DNA of 64,000 nucleotides from Mobula hypostoma. Taxonomy: Eukaryota. A program made the position numbers and the translations under genes. Within the stretch, counting starts at the first letter, position 1. The number at the start of each line of letters is the position of its first letter. Below the pieces are notes generated by a model. It was not told where the DNA came from and did not search any database. It was given only the letters and a program-made list of their open reading frames with translations. This document shows, piece by piece, positions 51,701-64,000 of this stretch. The stretch spans positions 150,600,001 to 150,664,000 of the forward strand of contig NC_086097.1 in NCBI RefSeq assembly GCF_963921235.1, read 5' to 3'.

Positions 51701-52963
51701 GAGACTGGTCTGAAGGTAGAATTGGAGAAGTGTCATTTTCTGCAGTCGGAGGTCAAGTTCTTAGGACACCAGATATCAACCAAGGGGTTAGGCACCGATC
51801 CTGAGAATGTCTCAGTTGTTCAACAGTGGCCAGTACCATCGACAGTTAAGGACTGAAGATCGTTTCTTGGCTTTTGCAGTTGTTATCGACGATTCATTCA
51901 AGGATTCTCAAAGATTGCAGGTCCACTGCATGACATAGTGAATTTGTGTACTAATGTAGAGAGTCCAAGTAAAGCAAACCAGCTGTTAAAACAGTCTTGC
52001 CTTTGACTTGCTCAAAGAGAAGCTGACCAGTTCCCCCATCCTTGGCTTTGCAGATTTCTCCCAGCCCTTTATAGTGGAGACCGATGCCAGCAATCATGGG
52101 CTAGGAGCTGTGTTATACCAACAGCAGGGAGGGGGAAAGAGGGTTATTTCATATGCAAGCCGGCAATTAAGGAATGCCAAGAAGAATGATAGGAATTATA
52201 GTAGCATGAAATTGGAGCTGCTTGCACTTAAGTGGGCTATAGTAGAGAAGTTTCGTGGATACTTGTTGGGTTCCAGATTCACTGTAATCACTGACAATAA
52301 CCCCTATCCCACTTGAAAACTGCCAAGTTGGGAGCAGAGGAGCAGAGATGGATCTCACAGCTGCCAGTGTTTGATTTCGATGTACAGTATCGTCCGGGTC
52401 AGAGCAATACTGTGGCTGATGCACTCTCTAGGCAGCTATTTGCAGGGGAGCCTGAGCCTGTCTCAAAGGATGCGGAGTTTGATGGGTCTGTGGCAATCTG
52501 TCGTTTGATCAATCGTGGCACTGCCCTTGACCCGGCACTGGTTACCGCTGGTCGTAACAGCTGTAGGGTTAAGCAAATTCGAGCCTGGAAGCTGGTACTA
52601 GTGATGTAAGTGGACCGATGCGAGGGAACACTCCAACCCTCCCAGGTTACTCTGATAGGGACTTGCACACTTTTCAGCAGCAAGACCCTGTGTTAAGTGT
52701 CCTAAGAGACTTATGGGATCAGAAAAGAAAGCTGAGTGGCCAGGAGCGTAAAACTCTGCGTAAACCTGTTTTGTCTCTGTTAAGGCACTGGGACAGTATC
52801 AGGGAGCGTGAAGGGTTACTGTACAGGGTAGTTGAGGATGGGAAGCTTGGGGAGTGTTACCAGCTTCTGGTACCTATCAGCTTGAGGTGCAGAGTGTTAG
52901 AGTATGTACATGACTTTATGGGCTATCAAGGCATCGAACGTACTCTGCAGCTGTTGAGAAGCC

Positions 52964-53395
52964 TGCCGTGCCTTTACTTAAATTTCTACAATCAGTGAGA
53001 AGCCTGCCGTGCCTTTACTTAAATTTCTACAATCAGTCTGCTGAATATTTGTCTTGATAGGTCTTTGCTTGTTTCATGATCAGCATACCATTAACCAGCA
53101 TAAATTCACTCCAACGCTGATGAATCCACTCTTTCAATAGATGATGGAGATCTTCATATTTTTCCCTTATGTAGTGTTTTTTTAAAAATATTTTTCTATT
53201 TAATAGTCCATTATACATATGAGGTCACTTCTCAGCACTGTCTGTGTTGTGTAGAGACCTATGCTTTGCCTGGGAACTTTCCCAGCACCACGTGGAATTT
53301 CCCATTTGTGACATCATGTCAGTGCTCAGAAAAACTTTGGATTTCAGAGGTTTTCACATTTTGGAATTTCAACCAAGGAGTGCTCAACCTGTATG
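52964..53395 (-). mobile_element. Tigger-like 5' fragment
   Basis: LKEWIHQRWSEFMLVNGMLIMKQAK is CENP-B HTH-like; ends ...ctcaacCTG|TA near 53391. Confidence 0.6.
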
Positions 53396-53596
53396 TTTAA
53401 GTGACTGAATAAATAAGGGAAAAGTGTATCGTACAAGCTTTTCATTAAATAGGTAAACATATCACATCACTAATTGTCTTCAGTTATTATTTAACTCTTC
53501 AACAATTTAATTAGTGAAAATTCACAATATTGCCTGTTCTTTTCAAGAGCTCCTGAAATATTTATTTGATTTACCACAAAAGAAGTTTCAAAGAAA

Positions 53597-55797
53597 TTAT
53601 CGTGGAAAAGGATAGAATCAGAGAGAACAGGAACATTTTTAATTGGGGAAGGGCAAATTATGAGGCTATAAGGCTAGAACTTGTGGGTGTGAATTGGGAT
53701 GATGTTTTTGCAGGGAAATGTACTATGGACATGTAGTCGATGTTTAGGGATCTCTTGCTGGATGTTAGGGATAAATTTGTCCCGGTGAGGAAGATAAAGA
53801 ATGGTAGGGTGAAGGAACCATGGGTGACAAGTGAGGTGGAAAATCTAGTCAGGTGGAAGAAGGCAGCATACATGAGGTTTAGGAAGCAAGGAGCAGATGG
53901 GTCTATTGAGGAATATAGGGTAGTAAGAAAGCTTAAGAAGGGGCTGAGGAGAGCAAGAAGGGGGCATGAGAAGGCCTTGGCGAGTAGGGTAAAGGAAAAC
54001 CCCAAGGCATTCTTCAATTATGTGAAGAAAAAAAGGATGACAGGAGTGAAGGTAGGACCGATTAGAGATAAAGGTGGGAAGATGCGCCTGGAGGCTGTGG
54101 AAGTGAGCGAGGTCCTCAATGAATACTTCTCTTCAGTATTCACCAATGAGAGGGAACTTGATGAAGGTGAGGACAATATGAGTGAGATTGATGTTCTGGA
54201 GCATGTTGATATTAAGGGAGAGGAGGTGTTGGAGTTGTTAAAATACATCAGGACGGATAAGTCCCTGGGGCCTGACGGAATATTCCCTAGGCTGCTCCAC
54301 GAGGCGAGGGAAGAGATTTCTGAGCCTCTGGCTAGGATCTTCATGTCCTCGTTGCCCACGGGAATGGTACCAGAGGATTGGAGGGAGGCGAATGTTGTTC
54401 CCTTGTTCAAAAAAGTTATTAGGGATAGTCCAGGTAATTATAGACCAGTGAGCCTTACGTCTGTGGTGGGAAAGATGTTGGAAAAGATTCTTAGAGATAG
54501 GATCTATGGGCATTTAGAGAATCATGGTCTGATCAGGGATGATCAGCATGGCTTTGTGAAGGGCAGATCGTGTCTAACAAGCCTGATAGAGTTCTTTGAG
54601 GAGGTGACCAGGCATATAGATGAGGGTAGTGCAGTGGATGTGATCTACATGGATTTTAGTAAGGCATTTGACAAGGTTCCACACAGTAAGCTTATTCAGA
54701 AAGTCAGAAGGCATGGGATCCAGGGAAGTTTGGCCAGGTGGATTCAGAATTGGCTTGCCTGCAGAAAGCAGAGGGTTGTGGTGGAGGGAGTACATTTGGA
54801 TTGGAGGATTGTGACTAGTGGTGTCCCACAAGGATCTGTTCTGAGACCTCTGCTTTTCGTGATCTTTATTAGCGACCTGGATGTTGGGGTAGAAGGGTGG
54901 GTTGGCAAGTTTGCAGGCGACAAAAGGTTGGTGGTGTTGTGGATAGTGTAGAGGATTGTTGAAGATTGCAGAGAGACATTGATAGGATGCAGAAGTGGGC
55001 TGAGAGGTGGCAGATGGAGTTCAACCCGGAGAAGTGTGAGGTGGTACACTTTAGAAGGACAAACTCCAAGGCAGAGTACAAAGTCAATGGCAGGATACTT
55101 AGAAGTGTGGAGGAGCAGAAGGATCTTGAGGTACATGTCCATAGTTCCCTGAAAGTTGCCTCACAGGTAGATAGGGTAGTTAAGAAAGCTTATGGACTGT
55201 TAGCTTTCATAAGTCAAGGGATAGAGTTTAAGAGTTGCAGGGTAATGATGCAGCTCTATAAAGCTCTGGTTAGGCCACACTTGGAGTACTGTGTCCAGTT
55301 CTGGTTGCCTCACTATAGGAAGGATATGGAAGCATTGGAAAGGGTACAGAGGAGATTTACCAGGATGCTGCCTGGTTTAGAGAGTATGCATTATGATCAG
55401 AGATTAAGGGAGCTAGGGCTTTACTCTCTGGAGAGAAGGAGGATGAGAGGAGACATGATAGAGGTATACAAGTTATTAAGAGGAATAGATAGAATGGATA
55501 GCCAGCGCCTCTTCCCCAGGGCCCCATTGGTCAGTACAAGAGGACATGGCTTTAAGGTAAGGGGTGGGAAGTTTAAGGGGATATTAGAGGAAGGATTTTT
55601 ACTCAGAGAGTGGTTGGTGCATGGAATACACTGCCCGAGTCAGTGGTGGAGGCAGATTCACTAGTGAAATTTAAGAGACTGCTAAACACTTATCTGGAGG
55701 AATTTAAGGTGGGGATTTATATGGGAGGTAGGGTTTAAGGGTCAGCACAACATTATGGGCCGAAGGGCCTGTACTGTGCTGTACTGTTCTGTGTTCT
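53597..55797 (+). mobile_element. 5'-truncated CR1, same family as 31585-35920
   Basis: ORF2 peptide is nearly identical to the minus-strand copy (MFRDLL.DVRDKFV..., KAFDKVPHS), with an intact 3' tail. Confidence 0.95.
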
Positions 55798-57749
55798 AAG
55801 CCAATGTTTTTGGGTGGGCATACACGAGGATGTGGCACGGTGGATCAAAAATTGTCCACGTTGTGTGCTAACTAAGATGCTGCAACCTAAGATCCGTCCC
55901 CCTATGAAGTCATTTCTGGCTTCTCGGCCGCTTGAAGTTGTAGCTGTAGATTTCACAAGTTGGAGCCGGCAACTGATGGGCGTGAGAATGTCTTAGTGGT
56001 CACGGACATTTTCACTAAATTCACCTAAGCATTTCTGACTTGGAATCAAAAGGCGGATACCACAGTAAGGGTGCTCTTGAGGGAATGGTTCATGAAGTAC
56101 AGTGTTCCTGAGAGATTGCATTCTGACCAGGGCCGTAACTTTGAAAGTGAGGTCATAGCTGAGCTTTGCAAATTGTACGGGGTAAAGAAGAGCCATACTA
56201 CACTTCATCATCCTACTGGCAGCGCGCAGTGCGAGCGTTTCAACAGGACAATGCATGATTTGTTGCGTACGTTGCCTCCAGAAAAGAAGTGCAGATGGCT
56301 AGAACATCTACCCAAGTTGGTGTATGCATATAATGCGACCCCTCACGCGACCACCGGGTATTCACCTTACTGTCTGTTGTTTGGGGTGGAACCCCACGTG
56401 CCCGTGGATGCTCTGCTGGGGCAAGAACAGACGGTGGACCGGAAACATGACTGGCTAGCTGTACACCAGAGCCGACTGAGGGATGCGCATGCAAGAGATA
56501 CTCTGAACAGAAGGCAGCCGAACACATTGCCTGGCAGGAGGACAAAGTGTACTGTCCCAAGGTTGATGTAGATGCGCTGGTTTACCTGAGGAACAGACCA
56601 TTAGGCCATAATAAGATCCAGGATGCTTGGAACTCAACTGTCTACAGGGTGGTAAAGGTACTGGGCAACACATACACTGTGGAACCTTGGGATGGTGGGC
56701 CTAGCAAGAGGGTGAACAGGGTAGACATCAGGCCCTGTGAGAACCATCCCCCTCCAGCTATCTGAGGGAGACTGCAAACTCCAGTAACTCAGGCCAGCTC
56801 ACCCCTGGGGCATGAAACGAGGACGATTACTTGAATGCAGGGCAGAATGTAACCGGGTGACTGTCGAATCTTATTCATTATCGTTAAAAGTGTACTTAGG
56901 CATCCATCCAGGTAATGCTAGAATAGTTGTCTGCCTTTAAGTGGAGATGGTAATGTCATTATGCACGCGTGGGATAGTGGGGAGACCACTTTTGTTTTTG
57001 GCAGAAGATAGTGGGGCTTTGGGATTAAGTTCCTCCCAGAGATACTGGGCATGGTGAGGAAAGGTGAGTGTTAATTAACGATATCCATGTGATTTCGTTT
57101 ATGCTTGTTGGCAAATCGAGAATATTGGTAATTTGACATGTTTTACGTGGGGATGCTTTAGATTTTCACGAGTGAAGGCATCAGCGCTGGATCGGCTCGT
57201 GCAAAGTTCCTTACCAGCCAAGTGGGTCAGTCTTCCTGTAATTTAATTACCAGGCAATATCTTGTAAAAGTTGTGCCAAAGTGTACCTTTTGTCTAACTT
57301 CATTGTATCATGACAGATTGTGAGTGTAACAGTGTAATATGAATGTTTAGTCTCTGTTTGGAAGCTTAGCACGTGTGTACTAAAAAGTAGTAGACGTCTT
57401 AGATGAGATGTATTCACTTACATTTTTGCTGCTATGTATAAGGTACAGGGTTGGTGGGGTTCTAATGTTGTTTGTATTGTGTTCCTTCAGAATTGCCACT
57501 ACTGTATTAGTTCCATATTAGTTTTGTGCGGTTTGCTTTATGTATTTTTATACTGCATACGCAATTCGTTAATACACAAGGGTGTGGATCAAAAGTTAAA
57601 CTGAGACTGTAATGCCAAGAACTGGTTGTAAATTTGTTTGTTTTGTTTTGAGACCCTCTTCCGGCTCTAAAACATCTAATGCAGATAAAGGAATTAAAAC
57701 CCGAAAAAGTATTTGTGACCTGAGTGTCTACTTTTTCCCAGGCTACACA

Positions 57750-58250
57750 ATTTTTCAGATGACACTGCTGTTGTTTGCAGAACTATAGATAGTGATGAAG
57801 AAGCATACTGGAGAGGTTAGAGGCAACATCGTGTATTCAATAACTCAGGCAGGGTTTGCAGGCTGTTACTTCCTACAAGCAAAACCAAATGCGGTGGATG
57901 AACCAGGAGGTGCAAAGTCTGCTGAGGGCTGGATCTGTGGCATTTAATTCTGGTGACCCAGGTATGTTTAAGAAAGCCAGGTATGACTTGCAGAGGGCTT
58001 TTGCAAGAGCCAAGAAACAATTACAAGCAAGGTTGGAGGCAACATCAGATGCTCGTTCACTCGAGCACGATTTGTAGGCCATTACTTCCTATAAAGCAAA
58101 ACATGAATGGCAGCGATGCTTCACTATCAGACCAGCTTAACGAGTCTTTTATGCTCACTTTGAAAGGGAGAATAAAACTACAGATAGGCGGATCTCTGCA
58201 GCATCCAATGACCCTGGGATCACTGTCTCAGAGGCTGACATCAGGCTGTC
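57750..58250 (+). mobile_element. Rex-Babar-type LINE fragments
   Basis: NQMRWMNQEVQSLLRA...KKARYDLQRA pre-RT linker motif. Confidence 0.65.
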
Positions 58251-61200
58251 AGAGCTGAGAAGGAGAGGATTTGCAGACTTTTTCAGATTTTTAAACGGCC
58301 CACCAATTGGGAGCGGAGGAGCTGAAGACAGCCAGTCAGCTAGCACACTATAAAAGAAGTTTCGTCTAGCAAAGTGGCCATCGTCGGAGTGGGATGGCTT
58401 TGTCTCAACAGGCTTTGGTGTAAACAGGCAGAGGCGAGGGTAGGTTCCGGTAAGTTGTTGTTTTAGAAACATAGAAAATAGGTACAGGAGTAGGCCATTC
58501 GGCCCATCGAGCCTGCACCGCCGTTCAGTATGATCATGGCTGATCATCCAACTCAGAACCCTGTACCTGCCTTCTGTCCATACCCCCTGATCCCTTTAGC
58601 CACAAGGGCCATATCTAACTCCCTCTTAAATATAGCCAATGAACTGGCCTCAACTGCTTCCTGTGGCAGAGAATTCCACAGATTCGCCACTCTCTGTGTG
58701 AAGAAGTTTTTCCTCCTCTCGGTCCTAAAAGATTTCCCCTTTATCGTCAAACTGTGACCCCTCGTTCTGGACTTCCCCAACATTGGGAACAATCTTCCTG
58801 CATCTAGCCTGTCCAAACCCTTTAGGATTTTATATGTTTCAATCAGATTCCCCCTCAATCCTCTAAATTCCAGAGAGTACAAGCCTAGTCTATCTAGTCT
58901 TTCATCATATGGAAGTCCTGCCATCCCAGGAATCAATCTGGTGAACCTTCTCTATACTCTCTCTATGTCAAGGATGTGTTTCCTCAGATTAGGGGACCAG
59001 AACTGCACACAATACTCCAGGTGTGGTCTCACCAAGGCCTTGTACAACTGCAGTAGGACCTCCCTGCTCCTGTACTTGAATCCTCTTGCTATGAATGCCA
59101 GCATACCATTCGCCTTTTTCACCGCCTGCTGTACCTGCATGCCCACTTTCAATGACTGGTGTACAATGACACCCAGGTCTTGTTGCACCTTCCCCTTCCC
59201 TAATCGGCCACCATTCAGATAATAATCTGTTTTCCTGTTCTTGCCACCAAAGTGGATAACCTCACATTTATCCACATTAAATTGCATCTGCCATGAATTT
59301 GCCCACTCACCTAACCTATCCAAGTCACCCTGCATCCTCCTCACAGCTAACACTGCCGCCCAGCTTCGTGTCATCCGCAAACTTGGAGATGCTGCATTAA
59401 TTCCCTCGTCTAAGTCAGTAATATATATTGTAAACAACTGGGGTCCCAGCACTGAGCCTTGCGGTGCCCCACTAGTCACTGCCTGCCATTCTGAAAAGGT
59501 CCCGTTTATTCCCACTCTTTGCTTCCTGTCTGCCAACCAATTTTCTATCCACATCAATACCTTGCCCCCAATACCGTGTGCTTTAAGTTTGCACACTAAT
59601 CTCCTGTGTGGGACCTTGTCAAAAGCCTTTTGAAAATCCAAATATACCACATCCACTGGTTCTCCCCTATCCACTCTACTAGTTACATCCTCAAAAAATT
59701 CTGTGAGATTCGTCAGACATGATTTTCCTTTCACAAATCCATGCTGACTTTGTCCGATGATTTCACCGCTTTCCAAATGTGCTGTTATCACATCTTTGAT
59801 AACTGACTCTAGCATTTTCCCCACCACCGATGTTAGGCTAACCGGTCTATAATTCCCTGGTTTCTCTGTCCCTCCTTTTTTAAAAAGCGGAGTTATATTA
59901 GCCAGCCTCCAATCCTCAGGAACTAATCCAGAATCTAAAGAGTTTTGAAAAATTATCACTAATGCATCCACTATTTCTTGGGCCACTTCCTTAAGCACTC
60001 TGAGATGCAGACCATCTGGCCCAGGGGATCTATCTGCCTTTAATCCCTTCAATTTACCTAACACCACTTCCCTACCAACATTTATTTCCCTCAGTTCCTC
60101 CATCTGACTAGACCCTCTGTCCCCTACTATTTCCGGAAGATTATGTCCTCCTTAATGAAGACAGAACCAAAGTAGTTATTCAATTGGTCTGCCATGTCCT
60201 TGTTTCCCATGATCAATTCACCTGTTTCTGACTGTAAGGGACCTGCATTTGTCTGAACAAATCTTTTTCTTTTCACATATCTATAAAAGTTTTTACAGTC
60301 AGTTTTTATATTCCCTGCAAGCTTTCTCTCATACTCTTTTTCCCCTTTCTTAATTAAGCCCTTTGTCCTCCTCTTCTGGACTCTGGAATTTCTCCCAGTC
60401 CTCAGGTGTGCTGCTTTTTCTGGCTAATTTGTATGTTTCTTCTTTGGAATTGATGCTATCCCTAATTTCCCTCATCAGCCACGGGTGCAGTACCTTCCCT
60501 GGTTTATTCGTTTGCCAAACTGGGATGAACAATTGTTGTAGTTCATCCATGCGATCTTTAATTGCTTGCCATTCCGTATCCACCGTCAACCCTTTAAGTA
60601 TCATTTGCTAGTCTATCTTAGCTAATTCACGTCTCATATCTTCAAAGTTACCCTTCTTTAAGTTCAGAACCTTTGTTACTGAATTAACTATATCACTCTC
60701 CATCTTAATGAAGAATTCCACCATATTATGGTCACTCTTACCCAAGGGGCCTCGCACGACAAGATTGCTAACTAACCCTTCCTCATTGCTCAATACCCAG
60801 TCTAGAATGGCCTGCTCTCTAGTTGGTTCCTCGACATGTTGGTTCAGAAAACCATCCCACATACATTGCAAGAAATCATCTTCCTCAGCACCCTTACCAA
60901 TTTGGTTCACCCAATCTATATGTAGATTGAAGTCACCCATTATAATTGCTGTTCCTTTATTGCATGCATTTCTAATTTCTTGTTTAATGCCATCCCCAAC
61001 CTCACTACTATGGTTAGGTGGCCTGTACACAACTCCCACCAGCGCTTTCTGCCCCTTAGTGTTATGCAGCTCTACCCATATCGATTCCACATCCTCCCGG
61101 CTAATATCCTTCCTGTCTATTGCGTTAATCTCCTCTCTAACCAGCAATGCCACCCCACCTCCTTTTCTTTCATGTCTATCCCTCCTGAATATTGAATATC

Positions 61201-64000
61201 TCTGAATGTTGAGCTCCCATCCTTGGTCACCCTGGAGCCATGTCTCTGTGATCCCAACTATATCATATTCATTAATAACTATCTGCACATTCAATTCATT
61301 CACCTTGTTACAAATGCTCCTTACATTGACAAACAAAGCCTTCAGGCTTGCTTTTACAACACTCTTAGCCCTTATACAATCATATTGAAAAGTGGCCCTT
61401 TTTGATTTCTGCTCTGGATTTGCCGGCCTGCCACTTTTACTTTTCACCTTACTTTTTGCTTCTACCCGCTTTTTACACCCCTCTGTCTCCCTGCAGTTGT
61501 TCCTATCCCCCTGCCACATTAGTTTAAATCCTCCTGAACAACAGTAGGATTGTTTTGTTCTCTTTGTTCAAGAGTAGAGAGAATGCGAGGCAGGATGTTG
61601 GAATGCTCCTCTTGCAGGATGTGGGAAGTCAGGGAGACCCCTGGTGTCCCTGACAACGACACCTGCAAGAAGTGCATCCAGTTGCAGCTCCTAACAAACA
61701 GCGTTAGGGAACTGGAGCAGGAGCTGGATGACCTCCGGATCATTCAGGAGAATGAGGAGATTATAGATAGTAGCTACAGGAAGGTAGTTACGCCAAAAGA
61801 GCAGCACACAGGTAATTGGGTTACCATCGGGCGAGGGAAGGGGAAAGGGCAGGTAGAGCAGTGTTCCCCTTTGGCCATTCCCCTCAACAATAAGTATACT
61901 GATTTGGATACTCTTGGGGGGGGGGTGGAAAGCTATCTGGGACAAGCTGCGGCAGCTGGATCTCCGGCACTGAGTCTGGTTCTGCAGTGCAGAAGGGAGG
62001 GTGGAAGAAGAGGAGAGCGGTAGTGATAGGGGACTTGATAGTTAGAGGTACAGAAAGGAGGTTCTGTGGTCGTGACAGAGACTCCCGGATGGTTTGTTGC
62101 CTCCCGGGTGCCAGGGTCAGGGATGTCTCTGATCGCGTGCACAGCATTCTGAAGTGGGAGGGTGATCAGCCAGATGTCATGGCACACATCGGTACCAATG
62201 ACGTAGGAAGAAAGAGTGAGGAGGTCCTGAAGAGAGAACTTGGTAGGAAGTTAAAAAGCAGGACCTCGAGGGTGATAATCTCAGGATTGCTACCTGTGCC
62301 ATGTGCCAGTGAGGGTAAGAATAGGATGCTCTGGCAGATAAACATATGGCTGAGGATCTGGTGTAGAGGGCAGTTTTTCAGATTTCAGGAACATTGGGAC
62401 CTCTTTTGGGGTGCAAGAAAGACGGGTTACACCTGAACTACAAGGGAACCAAAATCCTTGCAGGGAGGTTTGTTAGTGCTTTTGGGGAGGGTTTAAACTA
62501 GATTTGCAGGGGATAGGAACCAAAGTGCCAGAGCAGATAGTGGAGTGGGGGTGAAAATAAATGATGTTAAAAGTTCATGCAAGGTCACAAACAGAAGGGT
62601 TGTGTGTGGTGGTAATAATCTTCTGAGGTGCGTCTATTTCAATGCAAGGAGTATTGGGAAGGCAGACGAGCTGAGGACGTGGATTGACACATGGAATTAC
62701 AACATTAGTGAAACTTGGCTACAGGAGGGGCAGGACTGGCAGCTTAATGTTCCAGGGTTCCGATGTTTCAGACGTGATAGAGGCAGAGGGATGAAGGGTG
62801 GGGGGTGGCATTGCTCGTCAGGGAAAATGTTACAGCAGTGCTCAGGCAGGATAGATTAGAGGGCTTGTCTACCGAAGCCATACAGGTGGAGCTGAGAAAC
62901 AGGAAAGGTATGACCACATTAATGGGGTTGTATTATAGACCACCCAATAGTCAGCGAGAATTGGAGGAGTAAATCTGCAGAGAGGTAGCAGACAACTGCA
63001 GGAAACGTAAAGTTGTGATAATAGGGGACTTTAATTTTCCACATATTGATTGGGACTCCCATACTGTTAAAAGTCTAGACGGGTTAGAGTTTGTAAAGTG
63101 TGTTCAGGAAAGTTTTCTAAATTAGTATATCGAGGTACCAACTAGAGAGAATGCAATATTAGATCTCCTGTTAGGAAACGAGTTAGGGCAGGTGATGGAA
63201 GTGTGTGTAGGGGAACACTTTGGTTCCAGTGATCATAACACCATTAGTTTCAACTTGATCATGGATAAAGATAGATGTGGTCCTTGGGTTCAGGTTCTAA
63301 ACTGGAAAAAGGCCAAATTTGAAGAAATGAGAAAGGATCTAAAAAGCATGGATTGGGACAGGTTGTTCTCTAGCAAAGATGTGATTGGTAAGTGGGAGGC
63401 CTTCAAAGGAGAAATTTTGAGAGTGCAAAGTTTGTATGTTCCTGTCAGGATTAAAGGCAAAGTGAGTAAGAATAAGGAACTTGGTTCTCGAGGGATATTG
63501 GAACTCAGATAAAGAAGAAGAGAGAGATGTATGACATGTATAGGAAATGGAGCAAATAAGGTGCTTGAGGAATATAAAAAGTGCAGAAAAATACTTAAGA
63601 AAGAAATCAGGAGGGCTAAAAGAAGACATGAGGTTGCTTTGGCAGTCAAGCTGTAGGATAATTCAAAGAGCTTCTACAGGTATATTAAGAGCAAAAGGAT
63701 AGTAAGGGATAAAATTGGTCCTCTTGAAGATTAGAGTGGTCGGCTATGTATGGAACCAAAAGAAATGGGAGAGAGGTTTTTTGCGTCTGTATTTACTCAG
63801 GAACCTGGCATGGAGTCAATAGAAATAAGGCAAACAAGTAGTAAGGTCATGGAACCTATACAGATTGAAGAGGAGGAGGTGCTTGCTATCTTGAGGCAAA
63901 TCAGAGTGCATAAATCCCCAGGACCTGACAGGGTATTCCCTTGGACCTTTGAAATTGCAGGGGCCCTGGCAGATATATTTAAAATGTCGGTATCCACGGG
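58250..64000 (+). mobile_element. CR1 LINE 5' part (5' UTR 58250-58463; ORF1/ORF2 61549-64000), truncated by the window
   Basis: ORF1 CSSCRMW...CKKC, VIGDLIVRG, HIGTND; ORF2 APE YFNARSI, SETW, GSSDH. Confidence 0.9.
58464..61548 (-). mobile_element. CR1 LINE (complete but decayed ORF2) nested in another CR1
   Basis: APE (GITETW, GDFN, GKSDH), RT (DFQKAFDKVPH) and (tttcta) tail. Confidence 0.93.

Larger units (their letters stand above)
46998..57747 (+). mobile_element. Gypsy/Ty3 LTR retrotransposon, decayed and interrupted
   Basis: LTRs at 46998-about 49065 and 56848-57747 (TG...CA), purine-rich tract before the 3' LTR. gag 49135-50083 with CFKCQVGGHLAKNC, protease LLDTGS, RT (YLGN in place of YxDD), RNase H TDAS, integrase HSDQGRNFES in PR-RT-RH-IN order. 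Confidence 0.95.

Noticed and set aside
40500..64000. miR-30b/miR-30d, which lie upstream of ZFAT in mammals
   Set aside because: I saw no TGTAAACATCC mature sequence on either strand by eye; if present they probably lie outside the window.

Overview
Vertebrate genomic DNA, most likely from a cartilaginous fish (inferred from the mix of CR1, Rex-Babar, HE1/V-SINE and Penelope-type repeats). The only conventional gene is ZFAT on the minus strand: a CpG-rich promoter at about 40.3-40.5 kb and coding exons 1-5 (40185-40167, 37064-36894, 26472-26206, 21371-21207, 6478-6325). The gene continues beyond the left edge, and exon 5 appears to use a GC donor. Most of the remainder is nested, decayed mobile DNA: CR1, Rex-Babar and L1 LINEs, a Gypsy LTR element, a solo LTR, and Tigger and hAT DNA transposons. 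The top finding is a small intronless gene, missed by the ORF track, inside ZFAT intron 2 (29913-29770, minus). It encodes a 47-aa Lys/Arg/Cys/His-rich protamine-like peptide and has its own CRE-like elements, TATA box and AATAAA signal. Also notable are a hAT family making 6-bp target duplications, an L1 with a duplicated ORF1 C-terminal domain, and a chimeric Tigger+CR1 insert in the Gypsy integrase. Family names and homologies are from recognition of motifs, not from database searches.
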